Of a DNA stretch of 64,000 bases, positions 46,607 to 57,020 are shown in pieces. The translations under genes were made by a program, and so were the position numbers. The notes beneath the pieces were generated by a model. The model had not been told where the DNA came from and did not search any database. It saw only the letters and a list, made by a program, of their open reading frames with translations. Each line of letters begins with the position of its first letter. Position 1 is the first letter of the stretch. Source of the stretch: Naegleria gruberi (Eukaryota); the NCBI GenBank assembly GCA_000004985.1, contig GG738892.1; one strand, 5' to 3'.

Positions 46607-47973
46607 TTAATTTTGATATCCACCATTTTGGTTATAATATTGTTGTTGTTGGGATTGAGAATAGCCCATATTTCCATATTGAGAATCATTCATTGGATTT
46701 CCATATTGTACAGATTGACCATATTGAGAAGTATTTTGAGAGGTTGGAATATTTTGATAATTACTTTGATACATGTTGTTTTGATTTCCTGGTTGACCAT
46801 TATAATAAGATTGATTCATAGAAACTGGACTAACAGATTGATTAATGGCTTGATTAATAGATTGAGTCATTGGTTGTTGTTGCTGTTGGGAAGTAGATGG
46901 AAGTTGTGTACTAGTGTACTTTTGATTCAACTTTTGAGTAATGGTATCCAAAATCTTGCATTGAACTTCATAGGTCTTTTTCATTTCAGCATTTCTAATT
47001 CTGAGATCTGAAACTTCCCTTTCCAATAGGGCAACCATTTGATTAACCTTTTCATTCAATTCATTTGGTGGTGAAGTTTGATTTGAAGGAATAGAATTGG
47101 CAGATAAATTATCAACCTGTTGAACAAATGATACTGTTTGAGTATTCAAATTATTTGCATTATTGGAATAGGATAATGATGGATTAACTGCTTGTTGAGG
47201 TGAATTTCTAGTAGAACCATTAAAATTGAAATTATTCACAGATCTAGAATCAACAGAAGATTGAGAATATTGTGATTGATTATCGTGGGATTGATTCATA
47301 TTTCCATGACCAACATTTCCAAGTGCTTGTTGTTGTTGTTGATTGCCATTATTATAATTTCCACTAACAGTACCATTGGAAGAAGGCATTGATTGATTGG
47401 CAGCACTATTCGTTGGAGTGTTGTTTGGTGAAAAGGATGGAGGTGATGCAACTGATCGGAAAGCATTACCATTCATCATCATGGAATTATTCATCATTGG
47501 ATTATAGTTTTGATTGTTATTCATCATCACCATGGAATTATTCATCATTGTTGTGGTTGTGGTTGCTGATGATGTTGATTATTATTGTTGATCATTACAT
47601 TATTTGGAATATCGGATGATGCTGATGATGATACTTGTTGTTGTGGTTGGAAGGAATTATTCATCATAGGATTAATAGGAGATGATGATCCATAACTTTG
47701 CTGATTTGATTGTTGTGGCACAACAGAACTACTGTATTGTTGATTATTGTGTTGTTGTTGTTGTTGTGGATAGGAAGGAACAGAAGAAGAAGCATTCATA
47801 TATGGTTGTTGTTGCATCTGATGATGATAGGAAATTTGATTACCACTTCCAATGGTTACTCCATTATTATTATTATTACTGAAATTATTATTGATATTGC
47901 TAGTAGTGTTGGAAAGGTTTGAGTATTGTTGGTGTTGCTTTTGTCGCTGATCAGCTTCTTGTTGGGAAAGCAT
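46607..47973 (-). CDS. Q/N/S-rich prion-like low-complexity protein with a short coiled-coil; two ORFs (47545..47973 and 46607..47548) overlapping by 4 nt in different frames
   Basis: Both ORFs share the same Q/N/M-rich composition. The junction reads CAACAATGATGAATAAT, so a TGA in one frame overlaps an ATG in the other. The sequence NELNEKVNQMVALLEREVSDLRIRNAEMKKTYEVQCKILDTITQKLNQKY is the only ordered segment. Confidence 0.45.
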
Positions 47974-48242
47974 TTTTTTGTGTAGAGTTGGGAATTCCGA
48001 AACGTGATGGTCAATTTGAAGGTAACCAAGTGCTTGTTTCGACTATTCTTACAAGAAAACAAAGTTTTTTTGAAAGCAAATTCTAGCTACTCATCCTCTG
48101 TTTCAATTCACTGATATATTTTGCTCCTTCACCACCGACATATTATTGTAATTAATGTTTACACTACTTTATTAATTGACATAGCAAAGCTTGGCCATGA
48201 CCACATTGTTTTCTTCAATATTAAGATTTTGAGAATATGGAT

Positions 48243-48361
48243 GGCTACGGCCATATCACGATGAACGCACCTCATCCCGTTCGATTTGAGAAGTTAAGCA
48301 TCGTCGAGCCACATCAGTACTGAGGTTGGAGACAACTTGGGAACCTGTGGTGCTGTAGTCT
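48243..48361 (+). rRNA. 5S ribosomal RNA gene, copy 1
   Basis: GGCTACGGCCATATCACGATGAACGCACCTCATCCCGTTCGATTTGAGAAGTTAAGCATCGTCGAGCC...AGTACTGAGGTTGGAGACAACTTGGGAACCTGTGGTGCTGTAGTC. The 5' GGCUACGGC pairs with the 3' GCUGUAGUC to form helix I. The loop C box ATCCCGTTCGAT is conserved. A T5 Pol III terminator follows. Confidence 0.85.
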
Positions 48362-49083
48362 TTTTAATCTTAGATAAAGCAACAGGAGTTTAACTGAGCT
48401 TGAGAGGTTATAAATAACATTATGAACTATTGTAAATATTGTGTGAATGATTTAGGTTTTATTTGCAATGATTTGCCTTGGTTTACAAAATTTTGAGTTA
48501 AATGGAGATTACCACTTTTTGAATTGTTTGTTTCTCATTTAGTGATTGAGATTTGGAAGTTTTACTTGTTTCATCAAAATATTAATAGAAAAATTCAAAC
48601 TTCTTGTGATGAGTGGAAAATCCACTAAAAATCAGAATCACAAAATTAGTTATAAATAGGATGATGAAAGTTCCACAACAAAACAAAGTTACTAAATAAC
48701 AAACACTAAGAGCAAAATGCCAGCTAGAAATACCTCATCAAATTCTTCATCTTCCTAAGATAGAATTCCAACAAAAACAGAATGGACAAGATCAAAACCA
48801 ATTGATTTATCTAAGAGATTACCATTATTTGATATTGATACTTCTAATATTATAAGTGGAACTAGACATCGTAATAATATTGATTATCATCATGCAAATT
48901 TAAATGGTAAACAAATTTCTGTGAAAAGATCTTCTAAAAATTCAATTGAAAAGAGAGCTAAACAACAATCGAACACCACTAATAAGAAGATTACCAAATC
49001 GAAAAAGATGTAAATTACAACTTGTAAATAATTCAGTAAATTGTAAATAAAATAATTTGTTTTGAAATAGATGAAGTTTCAAT

Positions 49084-49320
49084 TTAGAATTGATCAGAAT
49101 ATGAGAAACCAAAATTTGGATCAAGCAACTCACGTGGCAAAAGTTCAATAAATAGAAGGGTGATCAACCTTTTCAATTTCTTCAACAACCTGTTATTTGA
49201 ACACAACAAGATTCGTCCAGAACTCTTGCCTTCACTGTTCATACAGTCAAAGACTGTAGCGGGATAGTCGCCATATTCCTGGCAGGCTTCCCGTCTAAAA
49301 TTACAAAACGAATTAACCAT
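49084..49320 (-). CDS. possible small Cys-containing protein (78 aa); weak call
   Basis: The ORF MVNSFCNFRREACQEYGDYPATVFDCMNSEGKS... has locally higher GC and codon structure. Its four Cys are spaced CX5C...CX12C...C. No confident homology. Confidence 0.25.
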   Translation of the reverse strand: MVNSFCNFRREACQEYGDYPATVFDCMNSEGKSSGRILLCSNNRLLKKLKRLITLLFIELLPRELLDPNFGFSYSDQF

Positions 49321-49769
49321 TGAAAGACAAAATCTTAGTTACTTGAAATCTTTAACATATTCCTTCATTTTTTCAATTTATTTTTTATTCATTGTATTAA
49401 GGCAATAAATGGCTACGGTATATCCTTTCATAGAGTTAAACATTGATTTTGAGTAATGAATAGCTGTACCCAAACCATTTTACAAGTATTAAATTTTTCC
49501 AATAATCACCTTTTAATTCAAAACCATTAAGAGTCAAATTGCATTCAATTCACGAACAACAAGTTAAAATTCATTATTGCATGTACAGCTGCAGCCCATA
49601 CTTACAAAACATGAACCAAGTTTGTGTCCAGAAACAAAAATCGGTTCATTGAAAGAATTTCTTTGCAGAAGAACTACTTTCTAAAAATATATACATCTCA
49701 AAACAATATAAAAAGCAAGGAACTGTTTTGAATTCAAGAAAAACAATAAGAAACAGGACAACAAACATA

Positions 49770-50228
49770 ATGCAATTATTTGTCAAGACACTCACTGGAA
49801 TAACTATCACTTTGGAGGTTGAATCTAATGATTCAATTGAAAACGTGAAAAGAAAAGTGCAAGATAAGGAAGGAATTTCACCAGATCAACAAAGACTCAT
49901 CTTTGCTGGAAAACAATTGGAAGATGGCAGAACTATTAATGATTACAACATTCAAAAAGATTCAACTCTTCATTTGGTGTTGAGATTAAGAGGAGGAATG
50001 CAACTTTTTGTAAAAACTTTAACTGGAAAGACAATCACTATTGAAATGGAATCGAATGATACTGTTGAGAATATGAAACAAAAGATATTTGATAAGGAAG
50101 GTATTCCTTCAGATCAACAACGATTGATTTATGCCGGTAAGCAATTGGAAGATGGAAGAACTATTGGTGATTACAATCTTCAAAAGGATTCAACTGTGCA
50201 TTTAGTATTGAGATTGAGAGGTGGTTAA
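49770..50228 (+). CDS. tandem di-ubiquitin (two head-to-tail ubiquitin units, each ending RLRGG); both units are unusually divergent from canonical ubiquitin
   Basis: Unit 1 reads [76 protein letters not shown]. Unit 2 reads [76 protein letters not shown]. Each differs from canonical ubiquitin at about 11-13 of 76 positions. The ORF track starts 14 codons upstream at 49728, but the ubiquitin Met at 49770 is the likely start. Confidence 0.85.
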   Translation: MQLFVKTLTGITITLEVESNDSIENVKRKVQDKEGISPDQQRLIFAGKQLEDGRTINDYNIQKDSTLHLVLRLRGGMQLFVKTLTGKTITIEMESNDTVENMKQKIFDKEGIPSDQQRLIYAGKQLEDGRTIGDYNLQKDSTVHLVLRLRGG

Positions 50229-50427
50229 GTTAGCAAAATATCATAGATTATCTCAATTATTGTCAAAAAATTATTTATTGAATAGTGAACATGAGTAAAA
50301 TTTATTCAATATAATAATCAACATCCAAAAACAAGTCATTTGTAACTTAGATTACATACACCCAATTTCAAAGCAGTTCAGAGGAAGGGTTGAACTGATT
50401 CATGTTTCACAATTTAAGATAATGAAT

Positions 50428-50546
50428 GGCTACGGCCATATCACGATGAATGCACCTCATCCCGTCCGATTTGAGAAGTTAAGCATCGTCGAGCCACATC
50501 AGTACTGAGGTTGGAGACAACTTGGGAACCTGTGGTGCTGTAGTCT
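50428..50546 (+). rRNA. 5S ribosomal RNA gene, copy 2
   Basis: Near-identical to copy 1, with about 3 substitutions (GAATGCACC, GTCCGATT). Same orientation, followed by a T5 run. Confidence 0.85.
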
Positions 50547-50765
50547 TTTTATCTTTTTGAAACATTTAACAAAGAAAAAGCATCATGATGTTAAATAAGA
50601 ATATGCAAATATCTCAAACCAACTTTTTGAGTTTATGAAAGGATGTTAAATCACTTCAATACAACAATTAAAAATTAAATTAGTGATTAGCATAACGTTA
50701 AAAACAACGAGACAATTCATTTTGCAATAAAGCAATTTTTATTTCAAGTTTTAATTTCTTAAAAT

Positions 50766-51002
50766 TTAAGCAGAAGCTTGCATAATCTTGAAACCCCACC
50801 AGATGGCCCACAACCAACCAATCAACAAGGAAGCCAAGATAAATTGGAGAATACCAACAATCAAAGTTGAAGTCATCTTTTCCTTTTCAGAAGTGAGGAA
50901 AGCAGCAATAATAGTACCGAAACCTGGGAAGAGGATATTGAGGATGAGGACAATCAATCCCATACCTTCACATCTTGGAGTGCTATCTTCGAGGAGACCC
51001 AT
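50766..51002 (-). CDS. small two-TM membrane protein (78 aa), Stum/SPEC3-like; paralog A
   Basis: MGLLEDSTPRCEGMGLIVLILNILFPGFGTIIAAFLTSEKEKMTSTLIVGILQFILASLLIGWLWAIWWGFKIMQASA. It has two hydrophobic helices and a conserved LN(I/F)LFPGFGT motif. Confidence 0.55.
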   Translation of the reverse strand: MGLLEDSTPRCEGMGLIVLILNILFPGFGTIIAAFLTSEKEKMTSTLIVGILQFILASLLIGWLWAIWWGFKIMQASA

Positions 51003-51530
51003 TTTGTATTTTTGATTTGTTTTGTTTTTTTTTGTTGAGGAGACTGAAGAGTGCCTTAGTTTTCAGTTAAATAGTTCATCTGCTCATCATTGCGCGGGAA
51101 ACAACACAAGTAGGTACTGTTCCTTAGACCTATTACAATGTATTTCTGTTGGTGTGCCCCTCCTTGGCATTGGCGGGAAGTTACGTTAGCTGTAGTACAA
51201 AAGAGATGAAATTTGAAAAGCGCCTTAGAAGAGGTGGTTGATTTGATTCGGTGAACGCTATTGTTGTTTACTGGATAATGTTCATCACCCACACAACCTC
51301 AGCTCTCTCGATCGAGTAATAGAGTAATAAGCAAACAAGCATTTTGAATGTAACACTACAATATATTCAGAAATTGTAAATTATACAACAAAGATTCCAA
51401 CTCCTTTCTATTATCATTACTAACCTCGATCAATAACTTGGTTCAACAATATTGAAAAGTTGTAAACCTTCTCTCCGATCAATTATTCAACAAGGAAATT
51501 GAATATGGTAAAATATTATAATATTTTAAA

Positions 51531-52275
51531 ATGCCAGAATCTTACACTCTCCATTATTTCAACCTCCAAGCCGTAGGTTTTGATTTTCATCACATCATCA
51601 TAAAATTCAAATTAATTCAATTAACACTTCTTTCTTTGATAAATTAAAAAGAGAGGTGAAGCTGCCTATCTCATAGCTGTGCACGGTGGCGTTCCAGTCA
51701 CAAGAAATCTCTTCTCCGATTTCAACAAGGATTTGAAGGAAAAGTGTCCTTTCGGACAGGTTCCATTACTTGTTGTGCAGGATGATGTCAGTGGTGCCAC
51801 TGCACACATTGTACAATCTATTGCAATTTGTGAATTTTTGGCAAAGAAGGCTGGTTTAATTCCAACCTCTCATGTTGAACAAGCCATTGCTTTGCAATAC
51901 GTGTTGGGAGTTGATGAATTTAGAACTGAAGTCTACTCTCAATATTACAGTGGAAAGGAAACACAACAGGCAAAGAAGGAATGGAAGGAAGGAAAGATGA
52001 AATTCTTCTTGGACAAGTTTGAATCATTCTTGGTTGGAAATAAGAAGGAAGATCGTGATCTCTTCCTTGTCGGATCATCAATTTCTTGGGCTGATATTTG
52101 CTTGTATGATGCATTGGTAGAACAAGCCTTTTTGTTGGATGAAGATAACTTGTGGGGTAATTATCCACTCCTCAAAAAATTCATGAAACAAGTTGAAAAC
52201 AGTTCTGAATCCTTTAAACAATATGTTACAAGTAGCAGTAAACCAGTTTTGTATATGAAGAATTGGAGACAATAA
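51531..52275 (+). CDS. glutathione S-transferase, sigma-class-like (HPGDS/GST-sigma family), two exons (51531..51572, 51652..52275)
   Basis: Exon 1 (MPESYTLHYFNLQA) joins through a 79-nt GTAGGT..AG intron to RGEAAYLIAVHGGVPVTRNLFSDFNKDLKEKCPFGQVPLLVV.... This reproduces the GST N-terminal thioredoxin fold (YxLxYFNxRGRAE...FGQxPxLEV). The C-terminal helical domain has LVGSSISWADICLYD. Confidence 0.8.
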
Positions 52276-52559
52276 AGACTACTCTGATGAATGTATCAAT
52301 ATTTTGAAAATATTCGATTCAATAATTTTTCACACACCCTGTTTGTATAAAACATGACAGCCAGATGTCATCATGATGCCAATTCACATGAGATATTTTA
52401 CACAATCATTGTGTGAAGGAGTTCAAAAAGCAGTTGAACAACGAGTGATTCCAATGTCCTTCACAAAGATAGTCTACATAAAACATGAGAAGAGTATGAA
52501 CAAGTAATATTTGTTTTACAAGTGAGTTGTATTATTTATTATTGGAAATTAAAAAAGAT

Positions 52560-52796
52560 TTAAGCAGAAACTTGCATAATCTTGTAACCCCACCAGATAG
52601 CCCACAACCAACCAATACACAATGAAGCCAAAACCAATTGGAGGATACCAACAATCAAGGTTGAGGTCATCTTTTCCTTTTCACTGGTGACGAAAGCAGC
52701 AATGATGGTACCGAAACCTGGGAAGAGGAAGTTGAGGATGAGGATGATCAAACCCATACCTTCACATCTTGGAGTACTATCTTCTAAAAGACCCAT
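52560..52796 (-). CDS. small two-TM membrane protein (78 aa), Stum/SPEC3-like; paralog B (tandem duplicate of 50766..51002)
   Basis: About 90% amino-acid identity to paralog A and the same orientation. The nucleotide similarity extends a few nt beyond the CDS. Confidence 0.55.
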   Translation of the reverse strand: MGLLEDSTPRCEGMGLIILILNFLFPGFGTIIAAFVTSEKEKMTSTLIVGILQLVLASLCIGWLWAIWWGYKIMQVSA

Positions 52797-52859
52797 TTTG
52801 ATTATTGTTTTGTTTTTTTTTGTTTTTCAATACATTGATGTTTGGCAGTTGCTCTGGAT

Positions 52860-52965
52860 TTTAAAGCACCTCAGCCAAATGGCAGCTGGCGCAAATTTCA
52901 AAGGTTTTTTTGCAGTGCTACCTCGGAGAGACCATTTGGCGCGTAAAAGTTCATGGCACCTGGAA
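52860..52965. promoter_or_regulatory. GC-rich palindromic element upstream of Stum-like paralog B, containing inverted TTTGGCGC (E2F-like) motifs
   Basis: The sequence gcacctcagccaaatggcagctggcgcaaattt...gagagaccatttggcgcgtaaaagttcatggcacctgg carries inverted copies of GCCAAATGG/CCATTTGGC and of GGCACCT, within an otherwise AT-rich spacer. Confidence 0.25.
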
Positions 52966-53632
52966 AAAAAATCTCAAGAACCAATCAATGCACTGCCATT
53001 CGATATCCGTTACAACAATTTACAACGATTAAATGACTAAATACATTATTAAAAAGGTGAAAGGATGATCGATGTGATCTGAGATGAACTAGTTTTATCA
53101 TAGTTTCATCACCCATATGAACATTGAAAGTTTGTTATCCATATTCCTTATATTCCCTTCTATCTCCTTCAACAAACATTATTGCAAATATTGTTAAACA
53201 TTGTAAACAGTTTAAAAATCATGAAATGATTGGATAGCAGCGTAATGTAACCCTACATAGGTCCAAGTCAACCTCGGACATTGCACAATTATCTAGATTT
53301 TTACAGTATTCTCTCCGTTCTAAGAAATGAAAGGTAATATTTCAAAGCACTACGGTTTGCAGTGACATTTAAGAAGCGTTAAACATTCTAAGAGAGAGGT
53401 GGGTAGTAAATTGATAAAGCACCTACAATGCGATTTTTAAAGAGCCTTCAAGGTGAAGAAAAGATGTTAAGGAATGTGATGAGACTCCACGTACCAGAAT
53501 TTGATATTAAGAAAATAAGATTTTTAATTGGATGAAAAACAATTTAAAGTTGATCAGTTCCTTCAGGATTCGGAACAACAGTTGTTCTTTGATCATCATC
53601 AATTAATTATTTAAAATTAAATTTAAAAAATC

Positions 53633-55597
53633 ATGTCCACAGACGCCAACGCTCACGATCATCATCAGGAAGTAAAAGAACAACCACAACAACCAGTAAA
53701 CTCACTCTATGAGAGGGCTAAAAGGAAATTAAAATTGGAAACACCAGCCTCTCAAGCTGTAACCTACTCCCAGTTGGAATTACCATATCATGCTCCTCCA
53801 GTCATTTACAAGATTGTATACAATGAGGAGAGTAGGAGTGCCACATTATTTGAAAGAGTTAATACTTGGAAGGGATCCAAGGAAGAATTGAGAGAAAATG
53901 AAAAAGCCTTGTCAAGAATTAGACAAGATCAACTCACTTATCAACAGCAACAGCAAAAACAACATTCGAATATTTCTTCGTCTTCTTCATCTTCTTCAAC
54001 TTCCTCATCATCGGATAAATCCTCTAACAATGAATCGAATACAATCATTAATATTACTAATAATGTTGGAGACTTTTTAGCATATCACTTTTTGAAAGGA
54101 TGCTATCCCGATATTGAATGGACATCAGTCAATTCGGATTCTGCTCTTGCTGATTTATTTACAAAGGAAAATTCCATGTTAAATAAGAAGGCTAATTACA
54201 TGTGGGCCATTGATGCCAATTTTAATTTCATATTTGCTCCAGAACATCAAATGGATTTTGCATTGCAAAGAATTAGAGTTAAGCATGGAGATTTGACAGC
54301 TACTGGTAAAACTTTGATTGGAAGTTTGGATAATTTGACAGTTGGAAGATTGCCAGCTCGGTAAGTACAACATTAAAAGGAGGAAATAATTGACATTTTG
54401 TACTCAAGTGTTGGAGGTGAATTTAGATGGGACGATTCGAAAGGAACATGGAGAATTGACAATGATTCATCCTATTGCTTTTTCAGAGAGGATGAATTGG
54501 TAATTTCAAATACAGCCAAGGTGAAATGGCAATTTATTACTGAACTATTCCTGAGATCGGTTGGTGTAAAGACCAATGATATTTTATGGTTGGATTTGGT
54601 TCAATCTAGAAAACTGGATAGTTTTGTGGTTCAAAAATTATCCAAAGCCTTTGTAAGAATGAAGAGAGATGACGAAAAGCAAGCAGCTATCAATGATATT
54701 GGATCCAAGTTTTCTCTTGTTAACTTGTTCAAGGGTGTCAATTTATTTGATATTGTTTTTGAAGCTTTTGGAGCTAAGAGTTATTTTTGTACATTAGGTA
54801 AATTGCATGTTGAGATTTTGGAGGCTTCTAATTTGTCCTATGTGGATGTATTCAAAATTCAACATGCCTACTCTTACTGCACTGTTGGGCTGAGAGGATC
54901 AGACCTTGTAGAGCATAGGAATTGGTGGGATAGATATTATCAAACCAAAACTGTTAAAAGAAATCAAAATCCTCAATTCCATGAATCTTTCGCACTCTAT
55001 GTATCAAGTATGGATATTCAAATTTTGGACTTGAAGGTTTATCATTCCAAACATCAACTTATTCCAGTTTTATTAGGAGAATGTGAATTGGAATTGAGTG
55101 ATTTGAACTTTAAAGATTATGATGAACTGGATTTGTGGTTACCATTGGTAGTTCCAAAAGGAATTTTGGATATTGCTCGTCCAAGTCCCTCGAGCAAGCA
55201 CTCTGATACAGGCATCAATGCACTCAACAATATCTTCTCGGGTACAAGTCTCGTTCAAGTGGATTCAATTTCTCAACAGTCATCTCCAACCATTGTAGGT
55301 TCAATGGTTGATATTGGAACCAATCTCAAAAAGGTCACTGGTATCCATAATACTAGTTCATCAAGAGTTGGAAATGTTTCTGTCAAGGCTGCCAGTATGA
55401 GCATGCAAACATTTACAATACCATCCAAAACAGATCAAATGATCCATGTTAAACTGAGATGGGAACCACACAGCAAGACAGATTCTACAAAGAATATTCA
55501 AGTTGAAAGTACAGCATCAACAAGTCCAAAGAGTGAACAATTATATACCTATGATCAAATCATGAAAGATCAAGAAACTGATACAACAGTAAATTAG
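53633..55597 (+). CDS. hypothetical protein (about 636 aa) with a central C2-like domain, two exons (53633..54360, 54409..55597)
   Basis: ORF 1 ends CG|GTAAGT. A 48-nt intron (..TCAAG) joins it in frame to ORF 2, reading ...GRLPAR|VGGEFRWDD. The segment LHVEILEASNLS...YCTVGL...TKTVKRNQNPQFHESFALYV looks like a C2 beta-sandwich. The N-terminus has a poly-Ser tract. Confidence 0.5.
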
Positions 55598-55967
55598 AAT
55601 ATTATGAATGAATATCATCAAGTAAGATAATTCATTCTTCTTAAGGTAAGATTCAATTCGACAAAAAAATGACTCTAGAAACTGCTCTTCATCACTAGTT
55701 TATTTTCTCTTGTGAAAAACAGATTGGAGATTCTAAAAGAGGCCTTGGAAATTTGTTAAACTATTTTCTGGGAGCCATTTCAATTGCTCACTGTGTAATA
55801 CTTCACACAATGATCGTATTCAATTCTGCAATGCTTGTGTTGAAAGTGGGAACATGTACACATGTAATGATTTTATTTTACATATAGAATGCAGCTATAA
55901 ATCTGGGAAGTTTTCAAGGTTTATTGTTGGTTTAAATAATTGGTTGAAAATATTCGAAAGCCACAGT

Positions 55968-56861
55968 TCATTCCTCAATAAATTCACACTCTGGCTTTAC
56001 AAATGCATTACTATATCTATTGAGATTGACATGATTGTAATTTTTGATGTGATTATTTCTATCAAAAGTTAAGAGATTCATCAATAAGATCTCTCCCTTT
56101 CCAGTTTGACAATAAACATTGAAAAACTCATCACTTCCTTCAAATTTAACCCAAAGAGAAACCTTTGTCTTCTCACATGTTGGTAAAAGGAACTGCTTTG
56201 TAAGGAAACCTTTTGTATTAACGTAGGAAACAGCATTTTCCTTGACATTGGCAACCATCTTCATCTTTTTAACAAATTCCTTCTCATCACTCATTCTAGG
56301 TCCAAATTTATTTCTCTTTGATTTGTAAATGGATATTATAATTTCTCTCTTCCTATTTCCTGATGGTTCCAATTCTAAATAGGTGGCAGATGATGATATT
56401 CTCTTGACTCCATCTTCCTCACTGTCAGAACCTTCGTCTTCACTTACATGTTTCTTACGTTTGGTTTTTTCAGATTTCTCTTGGTACTTTCTCTTGTTAT
56501 TGTGTTGTGGTTGTTGTTCAAATGTATTGAAAATGGCATGTGTAGTAGATGAAGTAGATGGTTCACTAGTTGCTGTATTGTATGTTTCCTTGGATGTGGT
56601 TTCAGAGTGATTTTCTGACGCAAGTGACATGCATTCGATATGTGTTTGTTGGTGTGCAGATTCTCCTCTTAATATGTTTGGAGCTAAGACATGCTCTGCA
56701 TGTCTACTGTTACTGGTGTTGCATGTGTTTGGAACAGTTTGTGGATGTGTGGGGGTTGCGTTTCCTGTTGTGGCCATTCTGGTGCTGTCTTCTGCTAAAA
56801 GCTCTGAAAAGAACAAATCCAAAACATTGAAATCAGTAACTGAAAAGTGGGTATTCTTCAT
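55968..56861 (-). CDS. hypothetical protein (297 aa), N-terminal T/S/H-rich and a basic KRKK region
   Basis: ORF with coding composition. No recognisable domain. Confidence 0.4.
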   Translation of the reverse strand: MKNTHFSVTDFNVLDLFFSELLAEDSTRMATTGNATPTHPQTVPNTCNTSNSRHAEHVLAPNILRGESAHQQTHIECMSLASENHSETTSKETYNTATSEPSTSSTTHAIFNTFEQQPQHNNKRKYQEKSEKTKRKKHVSEDEGSDSEEDGVKRISSSATYLELEPSGNRKREIIISIYKSKRNKFGPRMSDEKEFVKKMKMVANVKENAVSYVNTKGFLTKQFLLPTCEKTKVSLWVKFEGSDEFFNVYCQTGKGEILLMNLLTFDRNNHIKNYNHVNLNRYSNAFVKPECEFIEE

Positions 56862-57020
56862 GGTGGATGCTTTTTTTCAATGTGGCGAAAATAATAGTCA
56901 TGTTAAAATTGTCAACTTATAGGAGGTTGGGAATACAGAATTCTATTTTTAATATAACTTCTTTATTGAGGTTTGGGAATACAGAATTGTAATAACTTAA
57001 TTGTTTGTAATAATTTAAAA

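Noticed and set aside
46582-47011. ORFs 46582..46821 and 46604..47011 (+), rich in I/L/H/W
   Set aside because: They are antisense to the Q/N-rich gene. Their composition is the complement of CAA/AAT-rich coding sequence and reflects it, not an independent gene.
48243-50546. The 5S pair as a transposon-mediated or segmental duplication carrying the ubiquitin gene
   Set aside because: Sequences immediately flanking the two 5S copies are unrelated, and there are no terminal repeats or target-site duplications. No transposase, integrase or reverse transcriptase ORF occurs anywhere in the window.
52860-52965. The GC-rich palindromic element as a spliceosomal snRNA, SL RNA or snoRNA
   Set aside because: It lacks an Sm site (RAU4-6GR), a U6 ACAGAGA box and C/D or H/ACA boxes. 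It is kept only as a possible promoter element or unknown small RNA.
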